Positions 54,797 through 64,000 of a stretch of 64,000 bases of DNA are shown piece after piece. Within the stretch, counting starts at the first letter, position 1; each line of letters starts with the position of its first letter. Source of the stretch: Patescibacteria group bacterium (lineage in GTDB: Bacteria > Patescibacteriota > Minisyncoccia > UBA6257 > GWB1-50-10). Below the pieces are notes generated by a model. The model worked only from the letters and a program-made list of their open reading frames with translations, was not told where the DNA came from and searched no databases. The stretch covers positions 83,116 through 147,115 of the forward strand of contig JBFLWN010000002.1 in the NCBI GenBank assembly GCA_040757555.1. The letters are read 5' to 3'. The translations under genes and the position numbers were made by a program.

Positions 54797-57475
54797 CTAC
54801 AAGATTTTTTCTTTGGAACGATTTTTGTATAATAGTTTTCTAATTTCCTCACATACAAGAATAGTAGCTCCGACTAATACCGCGTGAATCCACTCGGAAA
54901 CAGAAAGCGGGGTAGTATGTAAATATTTCTGCATAAACGGATGATATATAGCAAAAATCTGAAGTACAATAACAGTGATTGTCGCATATACTAAAAACAT
55001 ATTTTTAAATGGATTGAGAGTAAATATTGACCTATCTTCGCTTTTACAATTCCACGCATTGAACCACTGAAATACTGCAAGTGTGGTGAGCGAAATAGTA
55101 ATCGCCTTTTCTATTCCATCGTCTAAGTATTGCGAAAAAATAAAAATTGTTCCAAGTGCAATAATACTTCCCATAAAAAACATTCTTTTTATTGTGAACG
55201 AATCAAGGATATACTTAGGCGGCTTTGTATAATGTTTTTTAAGTAATCCATCTTCTTTTGGCTCCATAACAAGCGATACATCAAGAAACCCGTCGGTAAC
55301 AAAGTTAAGCCATATAATCTGTGCGGGAAGAATCGGCAAGGGAAGTCCAATAAAAATGGCGCCAGAGATCGTCAGCACCTCTCCAATGCTAGTTGAGAAA
55401 AGATAAAGAATAACTTTTTTTATTGTCTTATAGATACTGCGTCCCTCTTCAACCGCAGCGATAATATTCCCAAAGTTATCATCCAAAAGAACTAAATCCG
55501 CTGCCTCTTTCGCTACTTCAGTGCCAACTCTTCCCATTGCAACTCCAAGATCTGCTGCAGCAAGAGATGGCGCATCATTCACCCCATCACCAGTCATTGC
55601 GACGACCTCTCCACGTTTTCTGAAAAGTTCAATAATTCGAAGCTTGTGTCTTGGGGTTACCCGAGCAAACACATTACAATTCTCAAATTTTTCAAGAAGT
55701 TCATCATCGGAAAATTTATCAAGTTCTTCTCCGGTAATAGTGCCCTCCATATGATCCGTTAACCCAGCCTCATCGGCTATGGCACGTGCAGTTATTTTAT
55801 GATCACCCGTTATCATAACAACACGTATTCCCGCATGATGAGCTTCTTTGATGGCAATGATTGCTTCTTCCCGCAAAGGATCTTTCATTGCAAAAAAACC
55901 GCAAAACGTAAGTTGTGGGAGATCATCACTTGAAACAACTGGGGAAACATCATCATTAATAGCAAATGCAAGAACACGGAACCCCTGTTTAGATAGATCA
56001 GAAAAAACCCCCTCCAATTCTTCCCTTTCCTCATTTGAAAGTTTTTCAGATTTGTTTTCACTCCACACGCGCGCGGAAGATTCAAAAATTTTTTCAGGAG
56101 CACCAACTACAGTCAAAAAATTCTTACCTTCAAGTTCGTGTATGGTGAGATGATATTTTGTAAGATAATCAAACGGCAATTCAAAGATTTTTTTTGAATC
56201 TTGTGCCGAATTTTTGAATCCAACTTTTGATCCGAATATTCCAAGTGCTGCCTCTGTCGGATCGCCGGATACTTTCCACATCTTTGTGTCTTCAAAATAC
56301 ATTGCGTTCGCATTAGAACAAAATGATGCAACTCTTCCCGCAAGCATAAGATCTGGATGACTAAGTGGATCTATAATTTTATTTTCAAGGTACACCTCTC
56401 CTTTTGGCTCATACCCAGAACCATGAATATCAAAAAATTGCCCGTTTATGTATACCCTTTCGAGAACCATCTCGTTTTTTGTTAACGTTCCAGTTTTATC
56501 CACCGCAATTATTTTCGCCTGCCCAAGTGCTTCAACTGCCTGTAATTTTTTAACAAGTACATTTCGTTTTGTCATCCGCCATACACCAGTGGCAAGTACC
56601 AACGTCATTACAATCGGTAACCCCTCGGGAATAATTGAAACAGATAAAGAAACGACGATAGCAAACATTTCTCGCAATGGCTTTCCAGACGCGACACCAA
56701 ATATCATAAGCACCGCACTTATAATAAACACAGTAATAATAATCAATTTGGAAAGAAAACGAATGTTTTTTTTGAGTGGAACTTCTGTATCAATAGAAGA
56801 AATTGTCTGTGATATTTTTCCTATCTCAGTTGAAATCCCAGTTTCTACAACAATTGCGGTTCCATTTCCACCTACAATATTAGTCCCTTCGAACACCATG
56901 TTTTTCTGATCATGCGGAGGTAAAAAGGCATCGGGTAATACATCAATAGTTTTCGCTGCTGGAACTGATTCTCCAGTAAGACTCGATTCATTCACCTTAA
57001 GTGAATTACTGATGATAATTCGGGCATCAGCGGGAATTTTATCTCCTTCTTGAAGAATAATAATATCCCCAGAGACAATTTCCTTGTCTGGGATAACGAT
57101 AATTCTATTATCGCGTAATACCGACGCGGATGTTTCAACAAATTTTCTAAGTGCAAGGAGTGTTCGTTGGGCCCTCCCTTCCTGGATCGTTCCCATAGTT
57201 GCATTAAATATGAGCACGAGAAAAATAATAACCGCATCAACGGCGTTACCTATAAAAAAAACAATGATTGCGGCAGTGATAAGTATATAAATAAGCGGAC
57301 TAAAAAACTGTGAAAAAAATACAAAAAAAATACTTGGCACCTTCGATTCTGGAAGTGAATTCGGACCGTTTTTAATTAAACGTTCCTGTGCTTCTTTTAT
57401 ACTGAGTCCAGACTCTGAGGAGTTAAGTTCTTTAGATATTTCAGAAAATTCTTTTGCGTACCAGAAAACACTCAT
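54797..57475 (-). CDS. P-type cation-transporting ATPase (type IIA/IIB, Ca2+-like)
   Basis: DKTGTLT phosphorylation site, TGDHKITARAIA, MTGDGVNDAPSLAAADLGVAMG; 892 aa with about 10 TM helices. Confidence 0.9.
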   Translation of the reverse strand: MSVFWYAKEFSEISKELNSSESGLSIKEAQERLIKNGPNSLPESKVPSIFFVFFSQFFSPLIYILITAAIIVFFIGNAVDAVIIFLVLIFNATMGTIQEGRAQRTLLALRKFVETSASVLRDNRIIVIPDKEIVSGDIIILQEGDKIPADARIIISNSLKVNESSLTGESVPAAKTIDVLPDAFLPPHDQKNMVFEGTNIVGGNGTAIVVETGISTEIGKISQTISSIDTEVPLKKNIRFLSKLIIITVFIISAVLMIFGVASGKPLREMFAIVVSLSVSIIPEGLPIVMTLVLATGVWRMTKRNVLVKKLQAVEALGQAKIIAVDKTGTLTKNEMVLERVYINGQFFDIHGSGYEPKGEVYLENKIIDPLSHPDLMLAGRVASFCSNANAMYFEDTKMWKVSGDPTEAALGIFGSKVGFKNSAQDSKKIFELPFDYLTKYHLTIHELEGKNFLTVVGAPEKIFESSARVWSENKSEKLSNEEREELEGVFSDLSKQGFRVLAFAINDDVSPVVSSDDLPQLTFCGFFAMKDPLREEAIIAIKEAHHAGIRVVMITGDHKITARAIADEAGLTDHMEGTITGEELDKFSDDELLEKFENCNVFARVTPRHKLRIIELFRKRGEVVAMTGDGVNDAPSLAAADLGVAMGRVGTEVAKEAADLVLLDDNFGNIIAAVEEGRSIYKTIKKVILYLFSTSIGEVLTISGAIFIGLPLPILPAQIIWLNFVTDGFLDVSLVMEPKEDGLLKKHYTKPPKYILDSFTIKRMFFMGSIIALGTIFIFSQYLDDGIEKAITISLTTLAVFQWFNAWNCKSEDRSIFTLNPFKNMFLVYATITVIVLQIFAIYHPFMQKYLHTTPLSVSEWIHAVLVGATILVCEEIRKLLYKNRSKEKIL

Positions 57476-57557
57476 TCTTTAATCTTAACAGAAATAATTC
57501 AGTTCAGAAGGGTTCAATAAAATTGATAGAATATGTTTCATATATTATTATTCCTAT

Positions 57558-58127
57558 ATGGGAAAAATAAAACTTGCGGTGTCAGGAGAAAGTGGATCAT
57601 TCTCTGAAGAAGCCGGACTTATTTATGCACAAAGATCAGGAAAAGAAATGGAATTTATATTTGCCATTGATATGGAAGGAGTGCTTTCTCGCGTGGAAAA
57701 AGGTGAAGTTGAATTGGGAATTTTTCCGGTGGTAAATTCACGCGGTGGACTTGTGCAAACCGCGTTTGAAGCAATGGGACGTCACCTTTTCACGATGATC
57801 GATGAAGTGTGGCTCGATGTACATCAATGTCTCATGGTGCTTCCGAATGTAAAAAAAGAAGAAATAAAAAATATCACCAGTCATCCGCAAGCACTCTCAC
57901 AGTGTGAACGATATCTCTCAAAAGAATTCAAGGGTATTCCGCTTACCGAATGGGAAGATACCGCGAAAGCCGCAAAAGATCTTGCGGAAGGAATTCTCCC
58001 GAAAGACACCGCTGTTATTGCTCCTGCCCGCTCGGCGTATATTTATGGACTCTCAATTATCGCGCCAAGTATTCAGGATAATCATCCAAACCTCACCACA
58101 TTCATTGTGGTGAAAAAAACTTCGTAA
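57558..58127 (+). CDS. prephenate dehydratase catalytic domain protein (no ACT domain)
   Basis: Aligns to the PheA PDT domain by eye: LAVSGESGSFSEEA, VELGIFPVVNSRGGLV, ITSHPQALSQCERYL, and NLTTFIVV (the TRF motif region). Confidence 0.65.
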   Translation: MGKIKLAVSGESGSFSEEAGLIYAQRSGKEMEFIFAIDMEGVLSRVEKGEVELGIFPVVNSRGGLVQTAFEAMGRHLFTMIDEVWLDVHQCLMVLPNVKKEEIKNITSHPQALSQCERYLSKEFKGIPLTEWEDTAKAAKDLAEGILPKDTAVIAPARSAYIYGLSIIAPSIQDNHPNLTTFIVVKKTS

Positions 58128-58155
58128 TTATCCCCTGCAGTGATAAACTGAATAC

Positions 58156-59061
58156 ATGCAATGGTTTTGGATCGCACTTGCTGCCCCAATGCTTTGGGGA
58201 ATGGTGAATCACGTTGATAAATTCATCATTTCAAAATATTTCAGTGGAAAGGGAATCGGCTCTCTTGTCATATTTACAAGTTTGAGTGGGTTTTTATTTT
58301 CCATCTTTATCGCATTATTCTATCCGAGTGCACTTTCAATAACCCTTTTCAACGCGATAATTATTGCCCTTAATGGAGCGCTTCTTGTCGCCTCATTTAT
58401 TCCCTACCTTCACGCACTTGAACACGAGGAACCCTCAATGATCACCGCACTTTTCCAGATTATTCCCGTATTTAGTTATTTCCTCGCTCTCTTTTTTCTA
58501 GACGAACATTTAACCATAATACAAATTCTTTCATCTCTCCTTATTCTCGCAGGGGGCATTGTGATTTCCCTTGATCTCTCATTACACATTCGATTCAAGT
58601 TAAAACCATTCTTATGGATGCTCCTTTCCACATTTATGCTTGCGGTAAACGGACTTATTTTTAAAATAGTTGCACTTGATGAAAATTTCTGGGGCACCGC
58701 ATTCTGGGAATATATTGGCGGGGCGATGTTTGGTATATTCCTTCTCGTGTTTATCCCACTTTATCGAAAACAGTTTTTTGCAACAATCGAAAAAAGCAGA
58801 GCGATGGTGCTTGGACTAAATTCTATCGCTGAACTTTTAAATATCATCGCAAAACTTCTCGCAAATTTTGCCAGTCTCTCAGCACCACTTGCACTTGTCT
58901 GGGTCATCAACGGCGTACAACCGCTTGTCGTATTTATTTATGGAGTTATTCTTACCCTCTTCTTTCCGCAAATTGGAAAAGAAACACTCGATAGAACAAC
59001 CATTGTTCAGCGAGTATTCTCAATTATTCTCATCTTTACTGGAGTGTATTTCCTTTTGTAA
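58156..59061 (+). CDS. EamA/DMT-family transporter (10 TM)
   Basis: Two EamA-like 5-TM halves. Confidence 0.65.
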   Translation: MQWFWIALAAPMLWGMVNHVDKFIISKYFSGKGIGSLVIFTSLSGFLFSIFIALFYPSALSITLFNAIIIALNGALLVASFIPYLHALEHEEPSMITALFQIIPVFSYFLALFFLDEHLTIIQILSSLLILAGGIVISLDLSLHIRFKLKPFLWMLLSTFMLAVNGLIFKIVALDENFWGTAFWEYIGGAMFGIFLLVFIPLYRKQFFATIEKSRAMVLGLNSIAELLNIIAKLLANFASLSAPLALVWVINGVQPLVVFIYGVILTLFFPQIGKETLDRTTIVQRVFSIILIFTGVYFLL

Positions 59062-59065
59062 ATAT

Positions 59066-59707
59066 TTAAATAATTTCCCCTATTCTTTTTACCGCCAATG
59101 GCATGTTTCTCATTCCCTGCCCAACAGGATAATAAATGGGATATATATCAAACATTTCTCCCTTTATAAAAAGTTTTTCTTTTTTTATACCCTTATAATC
59201 TCCCACTTTTATCGGTTTTTTAAGAAGTATCGAACTTACTTGATTTCCAAATGTAATAATCACTTTCGGTTTTATAAGAGCTATTTCCCTGTACATTAAT
59301 TCAAGATAGTCCTTAAATACTGAATCATTTAATTTCCGTGCATCAATTTGAGTGCATTTTGCGAGATTTGTTATAAAAATTTTATTTTTTGCAATTTCTC
59401 CATAAAGTTTGGTTGAAAATTCAGGAGTCCAATCATCTACTTTAAGACTTAGTATTTCTTCAAATGTCTTTTTGGAAATAAATCCAACTGCATAAAATAA
59501 TCTCCAGATATTTTTTGTACCAAGCCAAGGTGCCCTTATCCCACTCCATTTATAATTCGTCGAAACATTTCTCCCTGTTGGATTCATGAATATAAACATA
59601 ACCCGCGGACGTTTTATGCACCCAGCACCATAAATCGAAGAAAGGTGTTTTGCTCCGTGTATATTATGGAGCTTATCAAATGCAGCGTGAAGAGTTTTGA
59701 TCTGCAT
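59066..59707 (-). CDS. uracil-DNA glycosylase superfamily protein
   Basis: GAGCIKRPRVMFIFMNPTG resembles the motif-A region of UDG superfamily members (SMUG/family-4-like). Confidence 0.45.
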   Translation of the reverse strand: MQIKTLHAAFDKLHNIHGAKHLSSIYGAGCIKRPRVMFIFMNPTGRNVSTNYKWSGIRAPWLGTKNIWRLFYAVGFISKKTFEEILSLKVDDWTPEFSTKLYGEIAKNKIFITNLAKCTQIDARKLNDSVFKDYLELMYREIALIKPKVIITFGNQVSSILLKKPIKVGDYKGIKKEKLFIKGEMFDIYPIYYPVGQGMRNMPLAVKRIGEII

Positions 59708-59713
59708 ACGCTA

Positions 59714-60634
59714 CTACCTATCAAAGATAGAAACAAGATATAAATCGATTTCGCGTTGCGTTAGATCATAAAAATATTTGTTCTCATCATGAAGTCTTTT
59801 TGCAAGTTGAATTCCCACAAACCGCCAATGCCACGGTTCATATTGATAATATGAGTTCCCCTTCGGATATGAGAGCACAAATCCAAATCGATATGCATTC
59901 TCAGTGAGCCATTTATACGCCGGATCGCTTTCGAGTTGTAATGAGAGAGTTTTTAATTTTGGCGTAGTGAAATCAATCGTCGTGCCAAGTTGGTGTTCCG
60001 AATATCCCTGATCGGCGGAAAATTTATTCGCTCCCGACCCATATATGACCTTATATCCTGTCTTTATAGAAATCTGTTCATCAAATGAGCGATATGCAGA
60101 GACAATTTTCAAATCAACCCCAACACCACTTGCGGTTTTTATCATATCCACAAGAAACGGCTCTACTCCTGCGTGAATCTTTTTTTCGACACTTGAATCA
60201 TATAAATAATCCTTAAAAATACCCGTGAGCCTCGAGGGAATATAATTTTCGCTTAAAAAATAAACTTTCGAATATTTCTGCAGGAGCTCCTTATCGGTTT
60301 GACTCAATTTCTGAAGCGTCCCCACGGTTCCGGAAATATCCTGCACCATCCCCGAAAGTCCAACAACTTGTGATTCAAGACTGGTATTTTTATCAAGTTG
60401 TTCCTGAACGGTCTGAGAAAGGTTTCTATTTCTGTCGCTTAAATCAATGTTCTCGTTTCTCGCGCGAAGAAAATTCTCTTTATTAAATTTTAGCGATTCG
60501 TTAATTTTGGATATTTCGTCCCTCAATATCAGATTTTCGTTATAAAGATTCCAGAAAAGATATCCCCCACTTCCGGCTGCGCTCAGTAGTACAAGTGTCC
60601 CCGCTATAATAAAAAGACGTTTCTTATTCACCAT
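59714..60634 (-). CDS. M15-family D-Ala-D-Ala carboxypeptidase (VanY-like), membrane-anchored
   Basis: N-terminal TM and coiled coil, then SAYRSFDEQ...SEHQLGTTIDF VanY/M15B motifs. Confidence 0.75.
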   Translation of the reverse strand: MVNKKRLFIIAGTLVLLSAAGSGGYLFWNLYNENLILRDEISKINESLKFNKENFLRARNENIDLSDRNRNLSQTVQEQLDKNTSLESQVVGLSGMVQDISGTVGTLQKLSQTDKELLQKYSKVYFLSENYIPSRLTGIFKDYLYDSSVEKKIHAGVEPFLVDMIKTASGVGVDLKIVSAYRSFDEQISIKTGYKVIYGSGANKFSADQGYSEHQLGTTIDFTTPKLKTLSLQLESDPAYKWLTENAYRFGFVLSYPKGNSYYQYEPWHWRFVGIQLAKRLHDENKYFYDLTQREIDLYLVSIFDR

Positions 60635-60721
60635 GTCCTTATACGCCTATAATATCATCTTTTACGAACAATAAAAAATAATATATACTTTGGAAAGTAA
60701 ATAAAAAAAAGAGGTAATCAT

Positions 60722-61459
60722 ATGTCACAATGTCTTGCAATTCACAAAAGTAAAATAGAATCATTGGATGTGTGGAAGAAAATAACCAGAGAAAAAGAAT
60801 CTTCCGAAACACTTTCCGTGTTTCTTCCACTCGAAAAAGAAGAAATAGAAAAACTCATAAACGCCATACAAGAAAATAAAACATTTAAAGAGCGACATGG
60901 AGAAAACGGAGTTGAATCCGATTCTGAATGGCAGCAAATTGTCTTCTATGGACTTATTGTCAAAGGAAAAAAGTTTTTTACCTATACAAGAGGTACCCCC
61001 GAAAAAAACAAGGGATTTGGAGATAAACGTATTGCCGGGAAAATAGCCGTTGGAGTAGGTGGGCACATAGAACCGTTTGATACAAACTTCACTGATTCGC
61101 TCTATCGGGAGATAGATGAGGAGGTGGTGTTTGTAAAAAACAATACTCGTCTTGACTTTAGGAATGGAAGTAAAGATGTGGATATCTCACTTCTCAATAA
61201 AATCATCTCTGTGGAAATAAAGGGAGTTATAAAAGATGATTCGGATGACATTGGAAAAGTACATTTCGGAATTTTTTATGTCGCCCGTATTTTAGATAAT
61301 TCAATTGATGTCGAAGTTAGAGATGATTACGAAAACGAATTTGGATCACTTGTTGATATGGAAGAATATATCACCCTCACCAAACGCGGAGGAATCCCAG
61401 AATCTTGGACAGAGCTTGTTATGAAAAGTGATTTTTTCAAATCAAAAATAATCAAATAA
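60722..61459 (+). CDS. hypothetical protein with a loosely Nudix-like segment (245 aa)
   Basis: GVGGHIEPFDTNFTDSLYREIDEEVV only partially fits the Nudix box. The assignment is weak. Confidence 0.35.
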   Translation: MSQCLAIHKSKIESLDVWKKITREKESSETLSVFLPLEKEEIEKLINAIQENKTFKERHGENGVESDSEWQQIVFYGLIVKGKKFFTYTRGTPEKNKGFGDKRIAGKIAVGVGGHIEPFDTNFTDSLYREIDEEVVFVKNNTRLDFRNGSKDVDISLLNKIISVEIKGVIKDDSDDIGKVHFGIFYVARILDNSIDVEVRDDYENEFGSLVDMEEYITLTKRGGIPESWTELVMKSDFFKSKIIK

Positions 61460-61488
61460 AAAATTCCCCTGCTCCAGGGGAATTTTTA
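61460..61488 (+). terminator. Rho-independent terminator (ttcccctgctccaggggaa + T5)
   Basis: 8-bp stem with a 3-nt loop and a T-run. Confidence 0.7.
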
Positions 61489-61499
61489 TTATATGAGCG

Positions 61500-61694
61500 C
61501 TAACCTCGTATACGTAGATAGTGCTCATCGATCGGATAATAATCTCCATCAAACGATCCTTGTATAGAGCGTTGAATGAATTCGGAAAAAAGCGAAGTAT
61601 TTTCTTCGGGTTTTTTCTCTTTTTCATTCCCAGGGGATTTATTTGTGTCATCTCCCTGAGAGAGATTATTGTGGTTTTTTTCATCTGCAGCCAT
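61500..61694 (-). CDS. hypothetical small acidic protein (64 aa)
   Basis: Strong RBS (GGGAGG, 5 nt before ATG). Preferred over the overlapping ORFs 61442-61711 and 61521-61757. Confidence 0.35.
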   Translation of the reverse strand: MAADEKNHNNLSQGDDTNKSPGNEKEKKPEENTSLFSEFIQRSIQGSFDGDYYPIDEHYLRIRG

Positions 61695-61790
61695 GACATC
61701 CTCCCTTCCATTTTTATTTATAAAAGATCTTCAGGTTTATTTTTCCCTGAGAGATAAAAAGAATATATTCCTTCCATTTCTCAGATAAAA

Positions 61791-61829
61791 ACAAAATTTC
61801 CCGGATAAACCGGGAAATTTCTGATTTTG
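61791..61829. terminator. Hairpin terminator (atttcccggataaaccgggaaat)
   Basis: 9-bp stem flanked by A- and T-runs, downstream of the gene at 61991-62422 (-). Confidence 0.5.
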
Positions 61830-61990
61830 CTTTTTATTCTTATAAAATCACAAGTTCCCGGTTCATACCGAAATAATAAGGACTACAAGAATAAGAACGA
61901 CGTTCGTCGCAATTATTGGTATTCGATATTTTGTGGAAACTGATTTCATATCTATTTTATTATTACAGAAAATGAGAATAAAAATCAATA

Positions 61991-62422
61991 CTACCTAACT
62001 GTTGATAATGGGATTCGTAGTTGAACCGATCCCGCAGTGACACTTCCATCAGAATTAGTGGTCCCAGTTATCATCACATTTTCTCCCACAAGAAGATCAG
62101 CGGATGACCCCTGCACCGACTTCATCACTGGTGTGGAACTCGAAAGAAAAACTATTTTTGACCCCCCGTCACCCAGCTTCACCGTTATGGTAGTTGCGTC
62201 TTTTGATATGATTTCTCCACTCAAAAAGCCCCCTCCCTGGCCCCTTTGTCCCATCATGGCATTCCCCCCTCCTTGTCTTAGATTTTGCCCCCCAAGCTGC
62301 ATTCGTCCGTTTGTTGGTACATTCCATTTATTTCCTCCATACTTTGTACCTACGTAAAACCCTATCGCACCGACAATACACACGATCACAATGACTGGTA
62401 TTATCTTTTTTATATCTTTCAT
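61991..62422 (-). CDS. hypothetical secreted/membrane-anchored Gly-rich protein (143 aa)
   Basis: N-terminal TM/signal anchor (IIPVIVIVCIVGAIGFYVG), a Gly/Gln-rich linker, then a beta-rich domain. Confidence 0.45.
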   Translation of the reverse strand: MKDIKKIIPVIVIVCIVGAIGFYVGTKYGGNKWNVPTNGRMQLGGQNLRQGGGNAMMGQRGQGGGFLSGEIISKDATTITVKLGDGGSKIVFLSSSTPVMKSVQGSSADLLVGENVMITGTTNSDGSVTAGSVQLRIPLSTVR

Positions 62423-62481
62423 ATTTTTTCTTTTTTAGAAATCATCGACGAATGATTCCGTTATGTATATATAATTTTTAT

Positions 62482-63705
62482 TTATTCGTATCTCAATGCT
62501 TCAATCGGATTCAATGATGCGGCTCGACGAGCAGGATAATATCCAAAAATAATTCCAATACCCGCAGAAACACCAAACGCAAGCATCACCGATCCGGAAG
62601 AAATACTCGTCGGAATTCCAGCAAGTTGTGTGGTAAGAAACGCAAGAAACCATCCAAATAACACACCAACAATTCCTCCGAGAAATGTGAGTGCAACGGA
62701 CTCGGTAATAAACTGAATGGTGATATCAATTTTTTTTGCACCGATTGCTTTTCGAAGTCCTATCTCACGCGTACGTTCAGTAACTGTGGTAAGCATCATA
62801 TTCATAATTCCAATACCACCGACTAAAAGAGAAATCCCACCAATCGCTCCAAGAAGAATGGTGAATATTCCAGTCACCGATGACGCAGTAGCAACGATAT
62901 CGGCTTGATTTAACACACTGAAATCCGCAAGTTGTGGATCAGAAATTTTATGACGTTGCAGTAATAAATCGGTAACTTGTTGCTGGACGTCACCCATGGA
63001 AGTTTGGTCTTGAGCTGCAATACTTATTGACGTTACATAAATATCCCCAGCGAGGAATCGCTGCGCGGTCGAAAGCGGAACAAATGCCATATCATCTTGA
63101 TTTCCAAATCCGCTTCCTCCTTTCGATTTTGTAATTCCAATAACTTTAAAATCAACTTTATTTATTCTCACCGATTGTCCAATTGCCTCAGCCCCGACAC
63201 CAAATAAATCATCACGAGTGGTTGGACCAAGTACCACTACACGTGCAAGGCTACTCACCTGCTGATCGGTAATAAATGAACCGGTATCTATTTCGATATT
63301 ACGCACATCTGGATATCTTGATACCGTCCCTATTACTTGTGTATTCGTATTGGTCCCCTTTGCGGTAATTTGATATCTGCGGGAAACTTCAGGAGCAATG
63401 GCTTTTACTAATGTAACATTTTTTGTAATTGCATCGGCATCTTCTTGCGTAAGTGTTTGTGCGGATCCGCGCCCAGAACTCACTTGTACGCCCGCACCAC
63501 GTTGTGTCCCAGGAGATACGATAATCAAATTTGAACCAATTGATTGAATTCTTGATTCGATTGAACCTTGTGCCCCTTGTCCAATCGAAACCATTCCAAT
63601 CACAGAACCAATACCAATCACAATACCGAGCATTGTGAGCCCTGTTCGCACTTTATTCACGGTAAGTGAAAAATATGTTTCTTCTATTAAATCAGATATC
63701 TTCAT
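62482..63705 (-). CDS. ABC transporter permease (MacB/FtsX-like)
   Basis: N-terminal TM, a large periplasmic domain and three C-terminal TM helices. Confidence 0.8.
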   Translation of the reverse strand: MKISDLIEETYFSLTVNKVRTGLTMLGIVIGIGSVIGMVSIGQGAQGSIESRIQSIGSNLIIVSPGTQRGAGVQVSSGRGSAQTLTQEDADAITKNVTLVKAIAPEVSRRYQITAKGTNTNTQVIGTVSRYPDVRNIEIDTGSFITDQQVSSLARVVVLGPTTRDDLFGVGAEAIGQSVRINKVDFKVIGITKSKGGSGFGNQDDMAFVPLSTAQRFLAGDIYVTSISIAAQDQTSMGDVQQQVTDLLLQRHKISDPQLADFSVLNQADIVATASSVTGIFTILLGAIGGISLLVGGIGIMNMMLTTVTERTREIGLRKAIGAKKIDITIQFITESVALTFLGGIVGVLFGWFLAFLTTQLAGIPTSISSGSVMLAFGVSAGIGIIFGYYPARRAASLNPIEALRYE

Positions 63706-64000
63706 GTTATTGCGTTATGGGTATGTGCCACCCGTTTATGAATATTCTTTTTATCCTCGAGAATCGCACCATCAACAATATGAATGATTCGATCCGCGTG
63801 TTCAGCGACATACGGTTCATGCGTAATCAAAATAATAGTGTGATTATGTTTTCGATTTAATTCCTGAAACGTGCCGAGAACAATTTCACCTGTTTTTGAA
63901 TCGAGATTTCCCGTTGGTTCATCTGCAAAAATAATACTTGGACTATTTACAAGTGCCCGTGCAATTGCAACACGTTGCATCTGCCCTCCGGAAAGTTGAT
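63702..64000 (-). CDS. ABC transporter ATP-binding protein, 5'-partial (runs off window end)
   Basis: ABC signature [15 protein letters not shown], Walker [13 protein letters not shown] and H-loop ITHE. Overlaps the permease by 4 nt. The N-terminus lies beyond 64000. Confidence 0.8.
   Translation of the reverse strand, partial: QLSGGQMQRVAIARALVNSPSIIFADEPTGNLDSKTGEIVLGTFQELNRKHNHTIILITHEPYVAEHADRIIHIVDGAILEDKKNIHKRVAHTHNAIT

Noticed and set aside
57523-57551. Possible promoter TTGATA...TATTAT upstream of the prephenate dehydratase gene
   Set aside because: The spacer length is ambiguous (12-14 nt depending on which -10 hexamer is chosen), and in an AT-rich genome such hexamers occur by chance. 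Not reported as a feature.
1-64000. Possibility of an alternative genetic code (UGA=Gly, code 25) as used by some CPR lineages
   Set aside because: Very long ORFs (rpoB, rpoC, fusA, P-type ATPase) are intact under the standard code, and several of the genes I inspected terminate with ordinary stops (TAA for rpoC, TAG for paralog 1). The apparent missing helicase ORF at 1-2553 is explained by the gene running off the window edge, not by recoding.
1-64000. CRISPR arrays, rRNA genes, IS elements, integrase/transposase genes
   Set aside because: No regularly spaced direct repeats, no rRNA-like conserved segments, and no recombinase or transposase motifs were seen in any frame. The only repeat families are the tRNA-linked units and the terminator hairpins.

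Overview
This 64 kb window is AT-rich and densely packed (about 65 protein genes and 4 tRNAs, with no rRNA and no CRISPR array). It is read under the standard genetic code (TAA/TAG/TGA all act as stops, and rpoB/rpoC are intact), and roughly 80% of genes lie on the minus strand. The content is typical of a reduced-genome bacterium. I infer a CPR/Patescibacteria-like organism from gene content alone and cannot prove it. Recognisable core blocks include rpsL-rpsG-fusA (no tuf follows), rpsF-ssb-rpsR, rpoB-rpoC and ftsE-ftsX-prfB. There is a long minus-strand division and cell-wall cluster running scpA-scpB-dac-mraY-tpiA ... ftsW-mltG, together with xseA-xseB, dnaX, recQ, dus, ychF and rpmB. A partial UvrD-like helicase runs off the left edge and a partial MacB-type ABC ATPase runs off the right edge. 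The most striking content is a family of five paralogous cytoplasmic proteins of about 565-605 aa that are very cysteine-rich and that I cannot assign to any named family. They sit as two tandem pairs (3185-6696 and 37308-40931) and one singleton (22609-24387), all on the minus strand, inserted inside otherwise conserved core operons. Each protein has rubredoxin-like zinc-ribbon knuckles at both termini and two internal copies of a C-x2-C-x2-C-x2-C ... GLRNKxYCILNKQYTKEEYE module, and the cysteine sites are degenerate in a complementary way between paralogs. Pair 1 is co-oriented with a DUF763-like gene downstream of two 50-bp-spaced palindromic operator-like sites. A second unusual feature recurs at three tRNA genes (Pro-GGG, Thr-CGT, Gln-TTG). 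Each tRNA is followed by an AT-rich hairpin and then a 115-170 nt unit. The unit's 5' end is an inverted copy of that tRNA's T-loop/T-stem and its 3' end is a direct copy of the tRNA's last 17-22 nt; the unit is doubled after tRNA-Pro. These look like att-site scars or a tRNA-linked structured RNA family. A release factor 2 gene lacking the entire N-terminal domain 1 (233 aa, no frameshift site) is also notable. Coordinates for minus-strand genes include the stop codon at the low end, following the ORF-track convention. Several ORF-track starts were trimmed where the N-terminal extension reads through a tRNA or lacks support.
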